Of a DNA stretch of 64,000 bases, positions 1-11,732 are shown in pieces. The stretch is from Candidatus Binatia bacterium (GTDB taxonomy: Bacteria > Desulfobacterota > Binatia > Bin18): positions 96,001 through 160,000 of the forward strand of contig OY761159.2 of NCBI GenBank assembly GCA_963664395.2. The letters are read 5' to 3'. The position numbers were made by a program, and so were the translations under genes. A model generated the notes under the pieces. That model searched no databases and was not told the origin of the DNA. It was given only the letters and a program-made list of their open reading frames with translations. Numbering within the stretch: position 1 is the first letter of the stretch; each line of letters begins with the position of its first letter.

Positions 1-263
1 CGAATCAGGACGCCCTTGAGTTCGCTATAGGCATCGCCGGATTCGACCATGACCGCAACCTTGGGATTTCTTTTGGCATTCACGACTTTTTGGGCCTTCT
101 TGAAGGACGACATATAAATAAGGCCGTCCTTGGCCATATACGACATGGCCACCACATGCGGATAGCCGTCCTTGCCGATGGTACACAGCGCCATATTCCG
201 CGCTTCATTCAGGTAGGCGGAGAGTTCTTCTGTCGTCATGGCAATTTTATTTCGTCGGTTCAC
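1..263 (-). CDS. Pyridoxamine 5'-phosphate oxidase-like (PPOX class, probably F420-dependent) protein, truncated by window edge
   Basis: Manual minus-strand translation from GTG at 263 (RBS AGGGAG): MNRRNKIAMTTEELSAYLNEARNMALCTIGKDGYPHVVAMSY...KAQKVVNAKRNPKVAVMVESGDAYSELKGVLI; split-barrel flavin-binding pattern; not in the ORF track. Confidence 0.8.
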   Translation of the reverse strand, partial: MNRRNKIAMTTEELSAYLNEARNMALCTIGKDGYPHVVAMSYMAKDGLIYMSSFKKAQKVVNAKRNPKVAVMVESGDAYSELKGVLI

Positions 264-297
264 TGTCGTTCTCCCTTCTGTGTTACTAGCTTCGTTA

Positions 298-480
298 CCG
301 GGCAAACCAGCCGCCGTCGATGACCCAGCGATGTGAGTTGCTAACCCTCACAGAGAAGACCCACCCCCTGACTCGCCCCGTCTGCGGCCGTTCTGAGAGT
401 CGGCCAACTCGGTCCGCACCTTAGCTGGGGCGGTTTCTTCACGCAAGGAATCCGACGGCGACCCAAAGCGCCTCCCGCAG
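298..480 (-). ncRNA. Candidate structured RNA / cis-regulatory element, family unknown
   Basis: Nested complementary segments (GGUCGCCGUCGG/UCGACGGCGGCU; GAAGA..CCGCCCC/GGGGUGGGUCUUC; UGCGG.CCG/CGGCCGCA; UGUGAG/CUCACA); several mismatches become G-U pairs only on the minus strand. Confidence 0.35.
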
Positions 481-547
481 CGTGGGGAGGAATTGGCAGA
501 GCCGCAGTCAAATGGTAGAGATGAGGCGCACGCAGGAGGATTTTCTT

Positions 548-1714
548 ATGGATTTTCAGTTGACGGATGAGCAAGAAGAGATTCGCAAACAGGTCCGTGC
601 GTTATGTTCGCGTTTTCCCGACGAGTATTGGCGGGAGCGGGATGAGAGCGGGGAGTTCCCCTGGGAGTTTTACCGGGCTATTGCAGATGGCGGTTGGCTG
701 GGGATCACGATTCCGAGAGAATACGGCGGGGCCGGTCTGGGCATTACCGAAGCCGCGCTCGTCATGCAAACCGTGGCTGAATCTGGCGGCGGCACCCAGG
801 CCTGCTCAGCCGTTCATTTGGGTATCTTCGGTCTTGAGCCGCTCATCAAATACGGCACCCAGGCAGCCAAAGACAAATACCTCGCGCCCATTCTCAGGGG
901 CGACATTCATGTGTCGTTTGCCGTGACCGAGCCGGACGCCGGCACGAATACGACCCAGATCAGCACCTTTGCCACCAAGAGCGGTGACGGCTATCTCATC
1001 AACGGTCAGAAGGTCTTTATTACCAAGGCCCAAGAGTCCAAGAAAATGCTGCTGCTGACGCGGACCACACCGTTTGATCAAGTGGAAAAGAAAACGCTGG
1101 GTATGAGTCTCTTCTTTGCCGACATCGACCCCGAGGCCGTGGAAATCCAGGAACTCCACAAACTCGGACGCAAGGCGGTTGATACCAATATGCTGTTTAT
1201 CGACAACCTGTATGTGGAGAAAGACGATTTAATTGGCGAAGAAGGCCGGGGCTTTTATTACATTCTTGACGGCATTAATCCGGAACGCATTCTGATTGCG
1301 GCCGAGTGTATCGGCATGGGCAAACGGGCGATCGAAAAAGCGGTCCAGTATGCCAAAGAGCGCGTAGTCTTCGGGCGCCCGATTGGCAAGAACCAGGGCA
1401 TTCAATTTCCGCTGGCCGAATCCTTTGCCAAGCTTGAAACCGCTGAACTCATGGTCCAGAAGGCCGCTTTTCTGTACGACCAGGGTCAGCCGTGCGGCAA
1501 AGAAGCCAACATCTCAAAGTATATGGCGGCGGAGGCCGCCTGCGAGGCGGCCGACCGGGCTATTCAGGTCCACGGCGGCTACGGCTATATCAAAGAGTAC
1601 GACGTGGAACGCTATTGGCGCGAGGTGCGGCTCTTTCGCATCGCTCCTATCTCGCAGGAAATGGTGCTGAATTACGTGGGCGAACACGTGCTCGGGCTGC
1701 CGAGGTCGTACTAG
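548..1714 (+). CDS. Acyl-CoA dehydrogenase
   Basis: MDFQLTDEQ start after GGAGGA; FAVTEPDAGTN, INGQKVFIT, IQVHGGYGY motifs. Confidence 0.95.
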   Translation: MDFQLTDEQEEIRKQVRALCSRFPDEYWRERDESGEFPWEFYRAIADGGWLGITIPREYGGAGLGITEAALVMQTVAESGGGTQACSAVHLGIFGLEPLIKYGTQAAKDKYLAPILRGDIHVSFAVTEPDAGTNTTQISTFATKSGDGYLINGQKVFITKAQESKKMLLLTRTTPFDQVEKKTLGMSLFFADIDPEAVEIQELHKLGRKAVDTNMLFIDNLYVEKDDLIGEEGRGFYYILDGINPERILIAAECIGMGKRAIEKAVQYAKERVVFGRPIGKNQGIQFPLAESFAKLETAELMVQKAAFLYDQGQPCGKEANISKYMAAEAACEAADRAIQVHGGYGYIKEYDVERYWREVRLFRIAPISQEMVLNYVGEHVLGLPRSY

Positions 1715-1770
1715 CCCAGTGCTCATAATCGAATCCCGACCAGTTGTCATTCCGAGGAGAGAGACGACCC

Positions 1771-2811
1771 ATGAAAATCGGCTATATGCCTGACACCCAC
1801 GGCGGCCCGTATAATCAGCCCGAGCCCTCACCCGAGGCGGCAGCACAGTTCTGCGACCAGTTGCTGAACGAAGGCATTGAGGCCGAGCAAGCCGGCTTTG
1901 ACGGCATCTTCCTGCCCGAGCGGCATCACCGCACCGAGACCATGTTCCCGCCGCCGTTGGTCATGCTGGCCGGCTATGCCACGCGCACCGAGCGGGTTGA
2001 CCTTGGCACCTTTGTCCTGCAAACGCCGTATTACAATCCCATGCACTTGGCTGAAGATGTGGCCATGATTGACCTGATGTCCAAAGGCCGGGTCGTGTTG
2101 GGCGTTGGGCTCGGCTATCACCCCGATTATTTTCGGCTCTTCAACGAACCCTACAAGCAACGCTTCTCGCGCTTTGAAGAAAGCCTCGATATCCTGCGTC
2201 TGGCCTGGAGTAGCCACACCCCATTCTCCTACCACGGGCAGCGCTTTCAGTTTGACGATGTCATGTTGACCCCGAAACCCTATCAGGCGGGGGGTCCACC
2301 GCTGTGGATTGGTGCCGCTTACCCCGAGGCCATCAAACGCGCCGGACGGCTAGGTGATGCCTGGGGCATTCTGCCCTTCTGGGACCCCATACCGAATTTG
2401 CGGGCCCAGGCCGCCCAGTATCGCGAGAGTGCAGCGGAGCACGGTCGCTCCCCCAAAGTTGTCCTCATGCGGGATGGCTGGGTAGCGCCCACCCGCAAAG
2501 AGGCCGAAGACACTTTTGGTCCGCTGTGGGTTGAAGAGATGCTCTTCTACTGGCGCTGGAAACTCCTCTCACCAAACGAAGCATTTACCTCAGAGGCAGA
2601 CTTCACCATTGAGAAGCTGAGCCCATACCTGGTCATGGGCTCACCCAGCGAATGCATACAGCAGCTTGAAATGTGGAAAGAGGTGGTAGGGGCGGACTAT
2701 ATTATTATGCGCTTCCGGCTTCCGCTCGGTCCGGCACCGGAGCGGGTTATCGCCTGTATCCGTCAATTTGGAGCCGAGGTCATTCCGCACTTCAAGCCGC
2801 ACTTCAAGTGA
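1771..2811 (+). CDS. LLM-class flavin-dependent oxidoreductase
   Basis: AEQAGFDGIFLPERH, SKGRVVLGVGLGY, PPLWIGA luciferase-like motifs. Confidence 0.9.
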   Translation: MKIGYMPDTHGGPYNQPEPSPEAAAQFCDQLLNEGIEAEQAGFDGIFLPERHHRTETMFPPPLVMLAGYATRTERVDLGTFVLQTPYYNPMHLAEDVAMIDLMSKGRVVLGVGLGYHPDYFRLFNEPYKQRFSRFEESLDILRLAWSSHTPFSYHGQRFQFDDVMLTPKPYQAGGPPLWIGAAYPEAIKRAGRLGDAWGILPFWDPIPNLRAQAAQYRESAAEHGRSPKVVLMRDGWVAPTRKEAEDTFGPLWVEEMLFYWRWKLLSPNEAFTSEADFTIEKLSPYLVMGSPSECIQQLEMWKEVVGADYIIMRFRLPLGPAPERVIACIRQFGAEVIPHFKPHFK

Positions 2812-2815
2812 TCAT

Positions 2816-3409
2816 ATGCCATCTAAAAAAAGCCCTCCCCATCTCATCTTGGCTTCGGCCTCGCCTCGGCGTCGAGAGTTGTTACAAAAAACTCAACTCC
2901 GGTTTCGAATCATCCCAAGCCAAACAGAGGAAACCCATCGCAGTGGGGAAACGCCGGAGACCTATGTCACGCGTGTTGCAGCAGAAAAGGCAGGCGCGGT
3001 TGCCCAACATCATCCAGGCTTCTGGGTCTTAGCCGCAGATACCATAGTCACGTTTGAGGGGCAAATTTTTGGCAAGCCGGCAAATCCGGACAGCGCTCGA
3101 CAGATGCTCACCACCCTCTCGGGGCAAACACATCAAGTCCTGACGGCTTTTATCTTATTGGATAAAGCAGGCAATACGACCACCGCTGAAGTGGTGACCA
3201 GTCAGGTCACCTTTAAGGCGCTGTCGGAGACGGGGGTTGCAGCCTATCTCACAACCGGAGAGCCCTTTGACAAGGCAGGCGCCTATGCCATTCAAGGCAA
3301 GGGGCGAGACCTCATCGCTCGGGTCTCCGGTTCACGCACCAATGTCATCGGCTTACCAATGGACGAGGTAACAGCTGCCCTGCGTACGGTCGGCCTGCTG
3401 TCAGCGTAG
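2816..3409 (+). CDS. maf: Maf family nucleoside triphosphate pyrophosphatase
   Basis: LILASASPRRRELL, LAADTIV, DKAGAYAIQG, NVIGLP. Confidence 0.95.
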   Translation: MPSKKSPPHLILASASPRRRELLQKTQLRFRIIPSQTEETHRSGETPETYVTRVAAEKAGAVAQHHPGFWVLAADTIVTFEGQIFGKPANPDSARQMLTTLSGQTHQVLTAFILLDKAGNTTTAEVVTSQVTFKALSETGVAAYLTTGEPFDKAGAYAIQGKGRDLIARVSGSRTNVIGLPMDEVTAALRTVGLLSA

Positions 3410-3431
3410 CGTACGCATCGAAAAAAAGGCC

Positions 3432-4118
3432 ATGGATGACATAGCCAGTAATTATGCCCGCGTGTCCGAGCAGGTCGCCCGGGCTGCCGAGCGCGCGGGG
3501 CGGCGCGCAGACGAGGTCACTCTCGTTTGTGCGGCTAAGACAAAAGGACCCGAGTTCGTACGTGCCGCATTACAAGCCGGGGCAACGGATATTGGGGAGA
3601 ACTACGTCCAGGAAGCGCAACACAAGGTTCCAGCCGTTCCAGAGTCGGCAACCTGGCATCTCATCGGCCATCTTCAGCGCAACAAGGCCAAGATTGCCGT
3701 CTCGCTTTTTCATCTCATTCATTCCCTTGATAGCCTTTCACTTGCCAAAGAACTGGACCGGCAGGGCGCAAAACGGGGAGCAACGGTGCACGCCTTAATT
3801 GAGGTGAATCTTGCGGCAGAGGAAACCAAGGCCGGGGTACGTCCCGATGCTATTGACGCCCTGCTCGAAGGGGCCAGTTCCTTGTCTCACCTCCGGATTG
3901 ACGGCTTTATGGCTATTCCTCCGGCGGTCTCAGCTCCTAACCAGGCGCGTCCCTACTTTCGTACCCTGGCGCGGCTTCGGGAGCGCTATGCTACAGTGGC
4001 AGCAACCAAGACTCCGTTGCGCGAGCTTTCGATGGGCATGACGCAGGATTTCGTTGTTGCCATTGAAGAGGGCGCGACCATCGTCCGTGTTGGACGAGCT
4101 ATTTTTGGCGAGCGGTGA
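3432..4118 (+). CDS. yggS: PLP homeostasis protein (YggS family)
   Basis: [36 protein letters not shown]; synteny with proC/yggT. Confidence 0.95.
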   Translation: MDDIASNYARVSEQVARAAERAGRRADEVTLVCAAKTKGPEFVRAALQAGATDIGENYVQEAQHKVPAVPESATWHLIGHLQRNKAKIAVSLFHLIHSLDSLSLAKELDRQGAKRGATVHALIEVNLAAEETKAGVRPDAIDALLEGASSLSHLRIDGFMAIPPAVSAPNQARPYFRTLARLRERYATVAATKTPLRELSMGMTQDFVVAIEEGATIVRVGRAIFGER

Positions 4119-4157
4119 CAACGAACACCGCAAAAGGCGCTAAGAGAAAGGACCAAG

Positions 4158-4967
4158 ATGAAAAAAGTTGGCTTTATTGGCGCGGGGAATATGGCTGGAG
4201 CTCTGATTAAGGGCCTCATCAATGCACAGCTCTACACGCCCCAAGAGATTGTCGTCAGTGACGCCCTCCCCGCACAACTGCGCAAAGTCAAACGCCGCTA
4301 TCAGGTCGATGGAACGAAGGATAATCAAGCAGTTGTGCAGCAGGCACAGACCATAGTTCTTGCGGTAAAGCCGCAAATCATTGATCGGGTCTTGGCTGAA
4401 ATTCAGCCCGTGGTGACACAGACGAAGCGCTTTATTTCTATTGCCGCCGGCGTCACGCTCAAGCGTTTGGAAAAAGGCTTGGGAGGGAATGCCAGAGTGA
4501 TACGCGTCATGCCGAATACACCGGCGCTTCTGGGGAAAGGTATGACGGTTGTCGTCCGCGGCACGAAAGCGAAGGCCGCGGACGAAAAACTTGCCCTCCG
4601 GTTCTTCCGGGGCGTTGGCGATGCGTTAGCCGTACAAGACGAGAAGTTGCTCGACCCGGTGACCGGACTGAGCGGCAGTGGGCCAGCCTATGTGTATTTA
4701 TTCGCGGAAGCGCTGATTGCAGGAGGTATCAAAAAGGGTCTCAGCCCGGCGGTTGCCGAACGCCTCACCTTCCAAACCCTGGAAGGCGCGGTGGCCATGC
4801 TCAAGGAAACGAAACAGAGTCCCAAAGAACTCCGTGAAATGGTCACCTCACCCGGCGGCACAACTTTGGCTGGTCTCACCCGCCTCGAAGCAGGCACATT
4901 CTCCAAGACCGTCAGTGCAGCAGTCGATGCCGCCACACGGCGGTCACGCGAACTCGGACGAGGCTAA
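4158..4967 (+). CDS. proC: Pyrroline-5-carboxylate reductase
   Basis: [33 protein letters not shown]. Confidence 0.97.
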   Translation: MKKVGFIGAGNMAGALIKGLINAQLYTPQEIVVSDALPAQLRKVKRRYQVDGTKDNQAVVQQAQTIVLAVKPQIIDRVLAEIQPVVTQTKRFISIAAGVTLKRLEKGLGGNARVIRVMPNTPALLGKGMTVVVRGTKAKAADEKLALRFFRGVGDALAVQDEKLLDPVTGLSGSGPAYVYLFAEALIAGGIKKGLSPAVAERLTFQTLEGAVAMLKETKQSPKELREMVTSPGGTTLAGLTRLEAGTFSKTVSAAVDAATRRSRELGRG

Positions 4968-4986
4968 GGGGAGGAGGGAGAAGAAT

Positions 4987-5292
4987 ATGTTTATTCTCGG
5001 GAATCTTTTACAAGCAGTGGCCAGCATTTTGGGCTCTTTACTCTGGCTCTATTTCTGGATCTTAGTCATCCGTATTGTCCTGTCCTGGGTCAATGCAGAC
5101 CCCGACAACCCCATTGTCCGCTTTCTCTCTTCTGTGACCGACCCCGTCCTGTATTACCTGCGTCGGCTCCTGCCGTTTCCAACCACAATCGGCTATGTTG
5201 ATCTGACGCCGCTCCTGCTCATGCTCTTTATCCAGTTTCTCCAAATTTTTCTGGTTCAAAGCCTCGTAGATTTGTCCCTTGCTCTGCGCTAG
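4987..5292 (+). CDS. yggT: YggT family membrane protein
   Basis: LSWVNADPDNPIVRFL..VTDPVL, DLTP motif; follows proC. Confidence 0.92.
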   Translation: MFILGNLLQAVASILGSLLWLYFWILVIRIVLSWVNADPDNPIVRFLSSVTDPVLYYLRRLLPFPTTIGYVDLTPLLLMLFIQFLQIFLVQSLVDLSLALR

Positions 5293-5327
5293 ACATAATG
5301 CCGAGCTGCCGCCCAAGGCCGTCAGTC

Positions 5328-5356
5328 TTGACAATCAATACGGTGATGATTAGCGT
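5328..5356 (+). promoter_or_regulatory. Putative sigma70 promoter of the FmdB-like gene
   Basis: TTGACA-17 nt-TAGCGT. Confidence 0.5.
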
Positions 5357-5399
5357 TCCGTAGTAGGATAATCCCCCAGGGATTTGGAGGCCTGCGGTC

Positions 5400-5780
5400 A
5401 TGCCGATTTACGAATATGCCTGTAAAAAATGTGATGGAGAATTTGAAGTCTCTCAGCGAATTACCGACGAACCGTTGAACCGCCATCTGTGCCCGCACTG
5501 CGGAAAGAGGACAGTCGTCACCAAACTGATCTCCCGGTCCTCCTTTCATCTCAAAGGCAGCGGCTGGTATATGACCGATTATGGCAAGAACGGATCAAAA
5601 TCGTCCGACTCAGACGATGCCAAGAGCGGTGAATCCAAGAGCGAATCCAAGAGCGAGTCTAAAAGCAGCGAGTCCAAGAGTGAGACCAAAAGCAGCGAGT
5701 CCAAAGGCGAGACCAAAAGTTCCAGCTCATCTTCGAAAAGTGAGAGTTCGTCTCAATCGACGAGTTCTTCCGCCTCATAA
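5400..5780 (+). CDS. FmdB-family zinc-ribbon protein with Ser/Glu/Lys low-complexity tail
   Basis: [11 protein letters not shown]...CPHCG...[13 protein letters not shown]. Confidence 0.9.
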   Translation: MPIYEYACKKCDGEFEVSQRITDEPLNRHLCPHCGKRTVVTKLISRSSFHLKGSGWYMTDYGKNGSKSSDSDDAKSGESKSESKSESKSSESKSETKSSESKGETKSSSSSSKSESSSQSTSSSAS

Positions 5781-5846
5781 TACCAGGCCGCCTGCTAGTC
5801 GCCCCTCTTACACAAGTCGCATTGCCATGCTAGGAAGTCTCCTTAT

Positions 5847-5920
5847 GGTCGCATAGCTCAGCTGGCTAGAGCGCTTGCTTCACATGCAAGAGGTCCGGTG
5901 TTCAAGTCACCGTGCGACCA
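5847..5920 (+). tRNA. tRNA-Val (CAC)
   Basis: Cloverleaf GGTCGCA/TGCGACC-A; anticodon arm CTTGC-TT-CAC-AT-GCAAG; T-loop GTTCAAGTC; CCA not encoded. Confidence 0.95.
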
Positions 5921-5925
5921 TGCAA

Positions 5926-5951
5926 GAGCCCGCCTCAGCGCGGGCTTTTTT
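5926..5951 (+). terminator. Rho-independent terminator after tRNA
   Basis: AGCCCGC...GCGGGCT stem followed by a T run. Confidence 0.8.
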
Positions 5952-6072
5952 GCTAGCTGAGAGTGATATATCTCACAGTGCGCGTCCTTGACCCTCTTTT
6001 GCGCCACTCAAATAAATATGCTACATCTGGCAGCTCATTTTGCCTTGAGAAGGGTGAGGGAGGTCGTGCATC

Positions 6073-6495
6073 ATGGCTGATAAAAATTTTGGACGGGTGA
6101 TTGAAGATCGACGCCGTGAGTTAGGCCTGACACAGGAGATGATCGCGAAAAAAGTCGGCGTCCGAGCGAATTATATCGGGTATTTGGAGCGCGGGATGCG
6201 CCACCCAAGTCAGAAAGTCGTCGAAAAATTATCAAACGCGCTCAAACTCGATGCACAAGACCTCTACCTTCTGGCTAACCCGCGCGTGCGCTCGCTTCTT
6301 AGGAAAGCAAAGCCGACTGCGCCGGGCGTGTCTCCGTGGCAGAAGTTCATTCGTAATGCCTCTCTCCAGCAGAAAAACGGATTAAGTAAAACGGAGCGTG
6401 ACGCCCTAGCCCACATTGCCAAAGCAGAAAGAGCAACCAGCATGTCCGGCGTCATCAAGGCCGTCCGCGCCTTGCGCAAGGGGTTCAAGGGTTGA
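6073..6495 (+). CDS. XRE-family HTH transcriptional regulator
   Basis: RRRELGLTQEMIAKKVGVRANYIGYLERG HTH_3 pattern. Confidence 0.85.
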   Translation: MADKNFGRVIEDRRRELGLTQEMIAKKVGVRANYIGYLERGMRHPSQKVVEKLSNALKLDAQDLYLLANPRVRSLLRKAKPTAPGVSPWQKFIRNASLQQKNGLSKTERDALAHIAKAERATSMSGVIKAVRALRKGFKG

Positions 6496-6521
6496 CCGCC
6501 CAGCCCAAGGCTCAGATCAGG

Positions 6522-8543
<2,022 letters not shown>

Positions 8544-8584
8544 TTACAAGCAGCATTGATGTACGATGGAAATGTTGAGACATC

Positions 8585-8683
8585 GTGCTCCCTTCGCTGG
8601 CATTACCCAGATCAGGTTCCAGGGGTCGATACACTGCACAACACAGTGCCTCCTCTCAGCCGAAAATCCAGCTCCCCCAACAC
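8585..8683 (-). promoter_or_regulatory. TPP riboswitch
   Basis: Minus strand GGGGAGC...GGCTGAGAG...GACCCCTGGAACCTGATCTGGGTAATGCCAGCGAAGGGA upstream of thiC. Confidence 0.95.
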
Positions 8684-8784
8684 CTTAGGATCAATGTCGG
8701 ATTATGCTACGCCGCCCGTCTCGGGCTGTCAACGCAGGCTTACATTCCGAAGATGCAGGTGCTACGCCTGCCCCTCTATCCCTA

Positions 8785-9996
8785 TTAATCTTGTTCTCTT
8801 TCATCCGGTCCCTCTATGTCCAGGCTGCCGTAGACAAACGTTTTTTCGGCCGGGGTATGCTTGAGTTGGCTCTCTTCCCACATCCAGTCTATGGATTGAT
8901 CGGTGTGGTCCCGCTCGCGGGCTAAATAGTCGCTGACCGCTTCGTGCAAACGCGGATCAGTCAAATAGTGCATACTCACGGTCGGCTGGGGATCAAATCC
9001 GCGCAAACGCTTGAAGTCACCACCCGCGCCGGGTTCAAACCGAATGAGGCCATTTTCAATGCAGTGCCGAATGGCGGCATAGTAACTCACATTGAAATGC
9101 ATATGCCGTTGCTCGCGCAACACGCCCCAATAGCGGCCATACAACACGCCGCTCTTTTGGACATTAAAGGTCCCGGCGATGATCTCACCATGTTGACGGG
9201 CAATCACAAAGCACAGGTTGCGCTTAAAACGTTTGGCCAGCAGGTCAAAGAACTCGGGTAAGAGGTACTGGCGTCCCCAGTACAGATTGTTCACCGTTGC
9301 TTGATACAGGTTGAACATGACCGGGAACATCGCATCCGGAATAGCCTCGCCACTCAGGACTTCGATCTCTATGCCGAGCTTGTCCATCTCACGTATTTCA
9401 CGCTTGATCTGGTTGCGCCGTTTACTACGGAAATGCCCCAGATAGTCATCAAACGTCCGGTAGTGATGATTCAGCCATTGATACTGAATACCCAGACGTT
9501 TGAGATAGCCAATCTGAGACAAGGCTTCGGCTTCGTCCGGCAAACAGAAATTGACATGCACCGAGGACAGCTTGTTGCGTTCACACACCTCGCGCAGGGT
9601 TCTGCCTAATATGTGAATTAAATGTGTGCGGTCGGCGCCCGCCGCGGTCAGAAACCGCACCCCCGTTGCCGGCGAGAATGGGGACGCCACCAAGATTTTG
9701 GGATAATAATTGATCCCGGCGCGCTGGGCGGCATCAGCCCAGGAGTGGTCAAAGACAAACTCGCCCATGCTGTGCCCCTTGAGATACATCGGACACGCCG
9801 CAATCAGGCGCTCGCCGTCATAGACGGCCAAATGCTGGGGCTGCCAGCCGGTTTTGGCTCGGACACAGTGCGACTCTTCCAGACACGCCAGCCAGTCCCA
9901 TTCGAGAAACGGCGAGCCCCGCCCGAGCAGACTATCCCACTCCTCCCGCCCCACATCCTGCATGCTGTTGAGTATTGTGACTTTCAGCTCGGCCAT
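8785..9996 (-). CDS. FemAB-like GNAT family protein (DUF482 type)
   Basis: YLKGHSMGEFVFDHSWADA, PFSPATG, LYGRYWG, FEPGAGG..K..RGF. Confidence 0.9.
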   Translation of the reverse strand: MAELKVTILNSMQDVGREEWDSLLGRGSPFLEWDWLACLEESHCVRAKTGWQPQHLAVYDGERLIAACPMYLKGHSMGEFVFDHSWADAAQRAGINYYPKILVASPFSPATGVRFLTAAGADRTHLIHILGRTLREVCERNKLSSVHVNFCLPDEAEALSQIGYLKRLGIQYQWLNHHYRTFDDYLGHFRSKRRNQIKREIREMDKLGIEIEVLSGEAIPDAMFPVMFNLYQATVNNLYWGRQYLLPEFFDLLAKRFKRNLCFVIARQHGEIIAGTFNVQKSGVLYGRYWGVLREQRHMHFNVSYYAAIRHCIENGLIRFEPGAGGDFKRLRGFDPQPTVSMHYLTDPRLHEAVSDYLARERDHTDQSIDWMWEESQLKHTPAEKTFVYGSLDIEGPDEREQD

Positions 9997-10109
9997 AATG
10001 AATCGGTAAATGAGGAATCGATACTTCGCGTTTCCCAACGCGGCTCAAGTCCGGCTACTATAGCGTAGAATACGGAGCCCAACACCCCTGCCTGAGCGAT
10101 CCGTTTCCC

Positions 10110-10150
10110 GTGGGGCGACTGGTACTGTCGGCCGCCGAATTCGCCTGCCC
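10110..10150 (+). pseudogene. 3'-end remnant of a third LuxR-type regulator
   Basis: Encodes RLVLSAAEFA versus RLVLSVAVLA* and RRVLSVATFV* at the ends of the two intact regulators; followed by the same palindrome. Confidence 0.65.
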
Positions 10151-10167
10151 CGCTGCGGTGCGATTTT

Positions 10168-10211
10168 CCTATAATTTTATAGGAGACGGGGGGCACGGAA
10201 TTGGGTACAGG
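10168..10211 (+). promoter_or_regulatory. Palindromic operator copy A plus putative -10
   Basis: CCTATAA-TT-TTATAGG (10168-10183), then AGACGGGG; TACAGG at 10206. Confidence 0.7.
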
Positions 10212-10431
10212 GAGGGGGTGATTTGTGCGAACACGAGGAGTGAAGCGCTGACAGGCGCATGCAGGCCAGCCGTCCGGCTTTTCATAGACACCATACGGAG
10301 ACGCTGTCGCAGGGATACTCCGTTCGAGAGTGTCCTTTCTTTTCCTTTCCATACTCCATGAACTGTCTCCAAGAAACGGATTTCCATCATGACTGCACCC
10401 CACTGGAAAAACCGGACAAGGACGCACCGGC

Positions 10432-11568
10432 ATGAGTGACCAAGATGCACTCGAACGTATCCTGGCGGCGTTACATGACGCCATGCTCGACGATAGCCAG
10501 TGGCCGGCCACCTCAGCCCTGATCGATGAAGCCTGCGGGATGCAGGGCAATGCCCTGCTGGTCCGCAACGGCCCACAGGACAATGCCCGGGTCCTTTTCG
10601 TCGGGCTCTATTACCGGGGGGAGCGCCGCGAGGACTGGGAGCGCGAGTACCTCGGGGTCTACCACCCCATCGACGAACGCGTGCCGCGGCTGATGCAACT
10701 GCCCGACAGCCGCCTAGTGCGGATCGCCGACCTGTACACCGAACAGGAGTTGCAGACCTCGCTCGCCTACAACGAGGGATTGTCCCGGGGGAGTGCCCGG
10801 CAGGGCGTGAATGTGCGGCTGGACGGGCCGGACGGCTCCCACATCTCCTGGGTCACCGCCGACCCCGTCTCCCCGAACGGCTGGGCGTCCTCGCAGCTCG
10901 CGCTGCTCAAAGCGCTGCTGCCCCATATCCGGCAATTTGTCCGCATCCGGCAGGCGCTGGCCAAAGCCGAGGCGCTGGGCGCGTCCCTGACCGCCCTGCT
11001 CGGCACCTCTCGGATCGGGGTCATCTGCTTGGACCGGCGCGGGCGGGTCGTGGAGGCGAATGACCGTGCCCGTGCCATCCTGCGGCAGAGCGACGGGCTG
11101 ATGGACCGGGGCGGCGTGCTGGCCGCCCGCGTGCCGGCTGACCATGCCTGCCTGGAGCGGCTGGTCGCCGACGCGCTGCCGACCTCCAGTGCGCCCGCCG
11201 TCAGTGGGTCAATGCGGCTCCACCGCGCGTCCGTGCAGCCACCGTTCGTGGTGCACGTCAAACCTGTGGGTATCCGGCAGATGGACTTCGGGGCGCGGCG
11301 CGTAGCTGCCCTGGTGCTGCTTGTCGAGCCGGGGCAAGTGGCCCGCATCGATCCCGCCCTGGTGGCCGCGACCCTGGGGCTGACGCCGGTGGAGAGCGAG
11401 ATAGCGGCCTGGCTGGCGGAAGGCCGGACGGTCCGCGAGATTGCGGGGGCGAGGGGGCATACGACAGGCTCCGTCTATTGGTACCTGAATCAGATTTACC
11501 GCAAGCAGGGCATTGCCCGGCAGGCGGACTTGGTGCGGCTGGTGCTGTCGGTCGCCGTGCTCGCCTGA
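10432..11568 (+). CDS. LuxR-type HTH regulator with N-terminal GAF/PAS-like sensor region (copy 1)
   Basis: C-terminal GLTPVESEIAAWLAEGRTVREIA...LNQIYRKQGIARQADLV; central PAS-like LDRRGRVVEANDRA. Confidence 0.85.
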   Translation: MSDQDALERILAALHDAMLDDSQWPATSALIDEACGMQGNALLVRNGPQDNARVLFVGLYYRGERREDWEREYLGVYHPIDERVPRLMQLPDSRLVRIADLYTEQELQTSLAYNEGLSRGSARQGVNVRLDGPDGSHISWVTADPVSPNGWASSQLALLKALLPHIRQFVRIRQALAKAEALGASLTALLGTSRIGVICLDRRGRVVEANDRARAILRQSDGLMDRGGVLAARVPADHACLERLVADALPTSSAPAVSGSMRLHRASVQPPFVVHVKPVGIRQMDFGARRVAALVLLVEPGQVARIDPALVAATLGLTPVESEIAAWLAEGRTVREIAGARGHTTGSVYWYLNQIYRKQGIARQADLVRLVLSVAVLA

Positions 11569-11588
11569 CCTCCGGCTGGTGCGATTTT

Positions 11589-11632
11589 TCTATAATTTTA
11601 TAGGAGACGGGGCTGCGCCAGTGCCTTATAGA
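11589..11632 (+). promoter_or_regulatory. Palindromic operator copy B plus putative -10, upstream of the LRR gene
   Basis: CTATAA-TT-TTATAG then GAGACGGGG; TATAGA at 11627. Confidence 0.75.
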
Positions 11633-11732
11633 ACCTTCTCTGGGCGTCGGTGACCGCAGATTCCACACCGACCGCCTTGCTACCGCCCGACAAGAGAGGA
11701 CGGAGAGGTGGCTGGAAGAGGAGGAAGGTCAC

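Noticed and set aside
300-470. c-di-GMP-I, c-di-AMP or TPP riboswitch assignment for the structured region
   Set aside because: Only short fragments match (GGCAAACC, GAATCCG.C.GC, CTGAGA); the remaining conserved cores are missing and the G-U bias favours the opposite strand.
5847-6495. Prophage or integrative element at tRNA-Val next to an XRE regulator
   Set aside because: No integrase and no duplicated tRNA 3' end seen; thiC follows directly.
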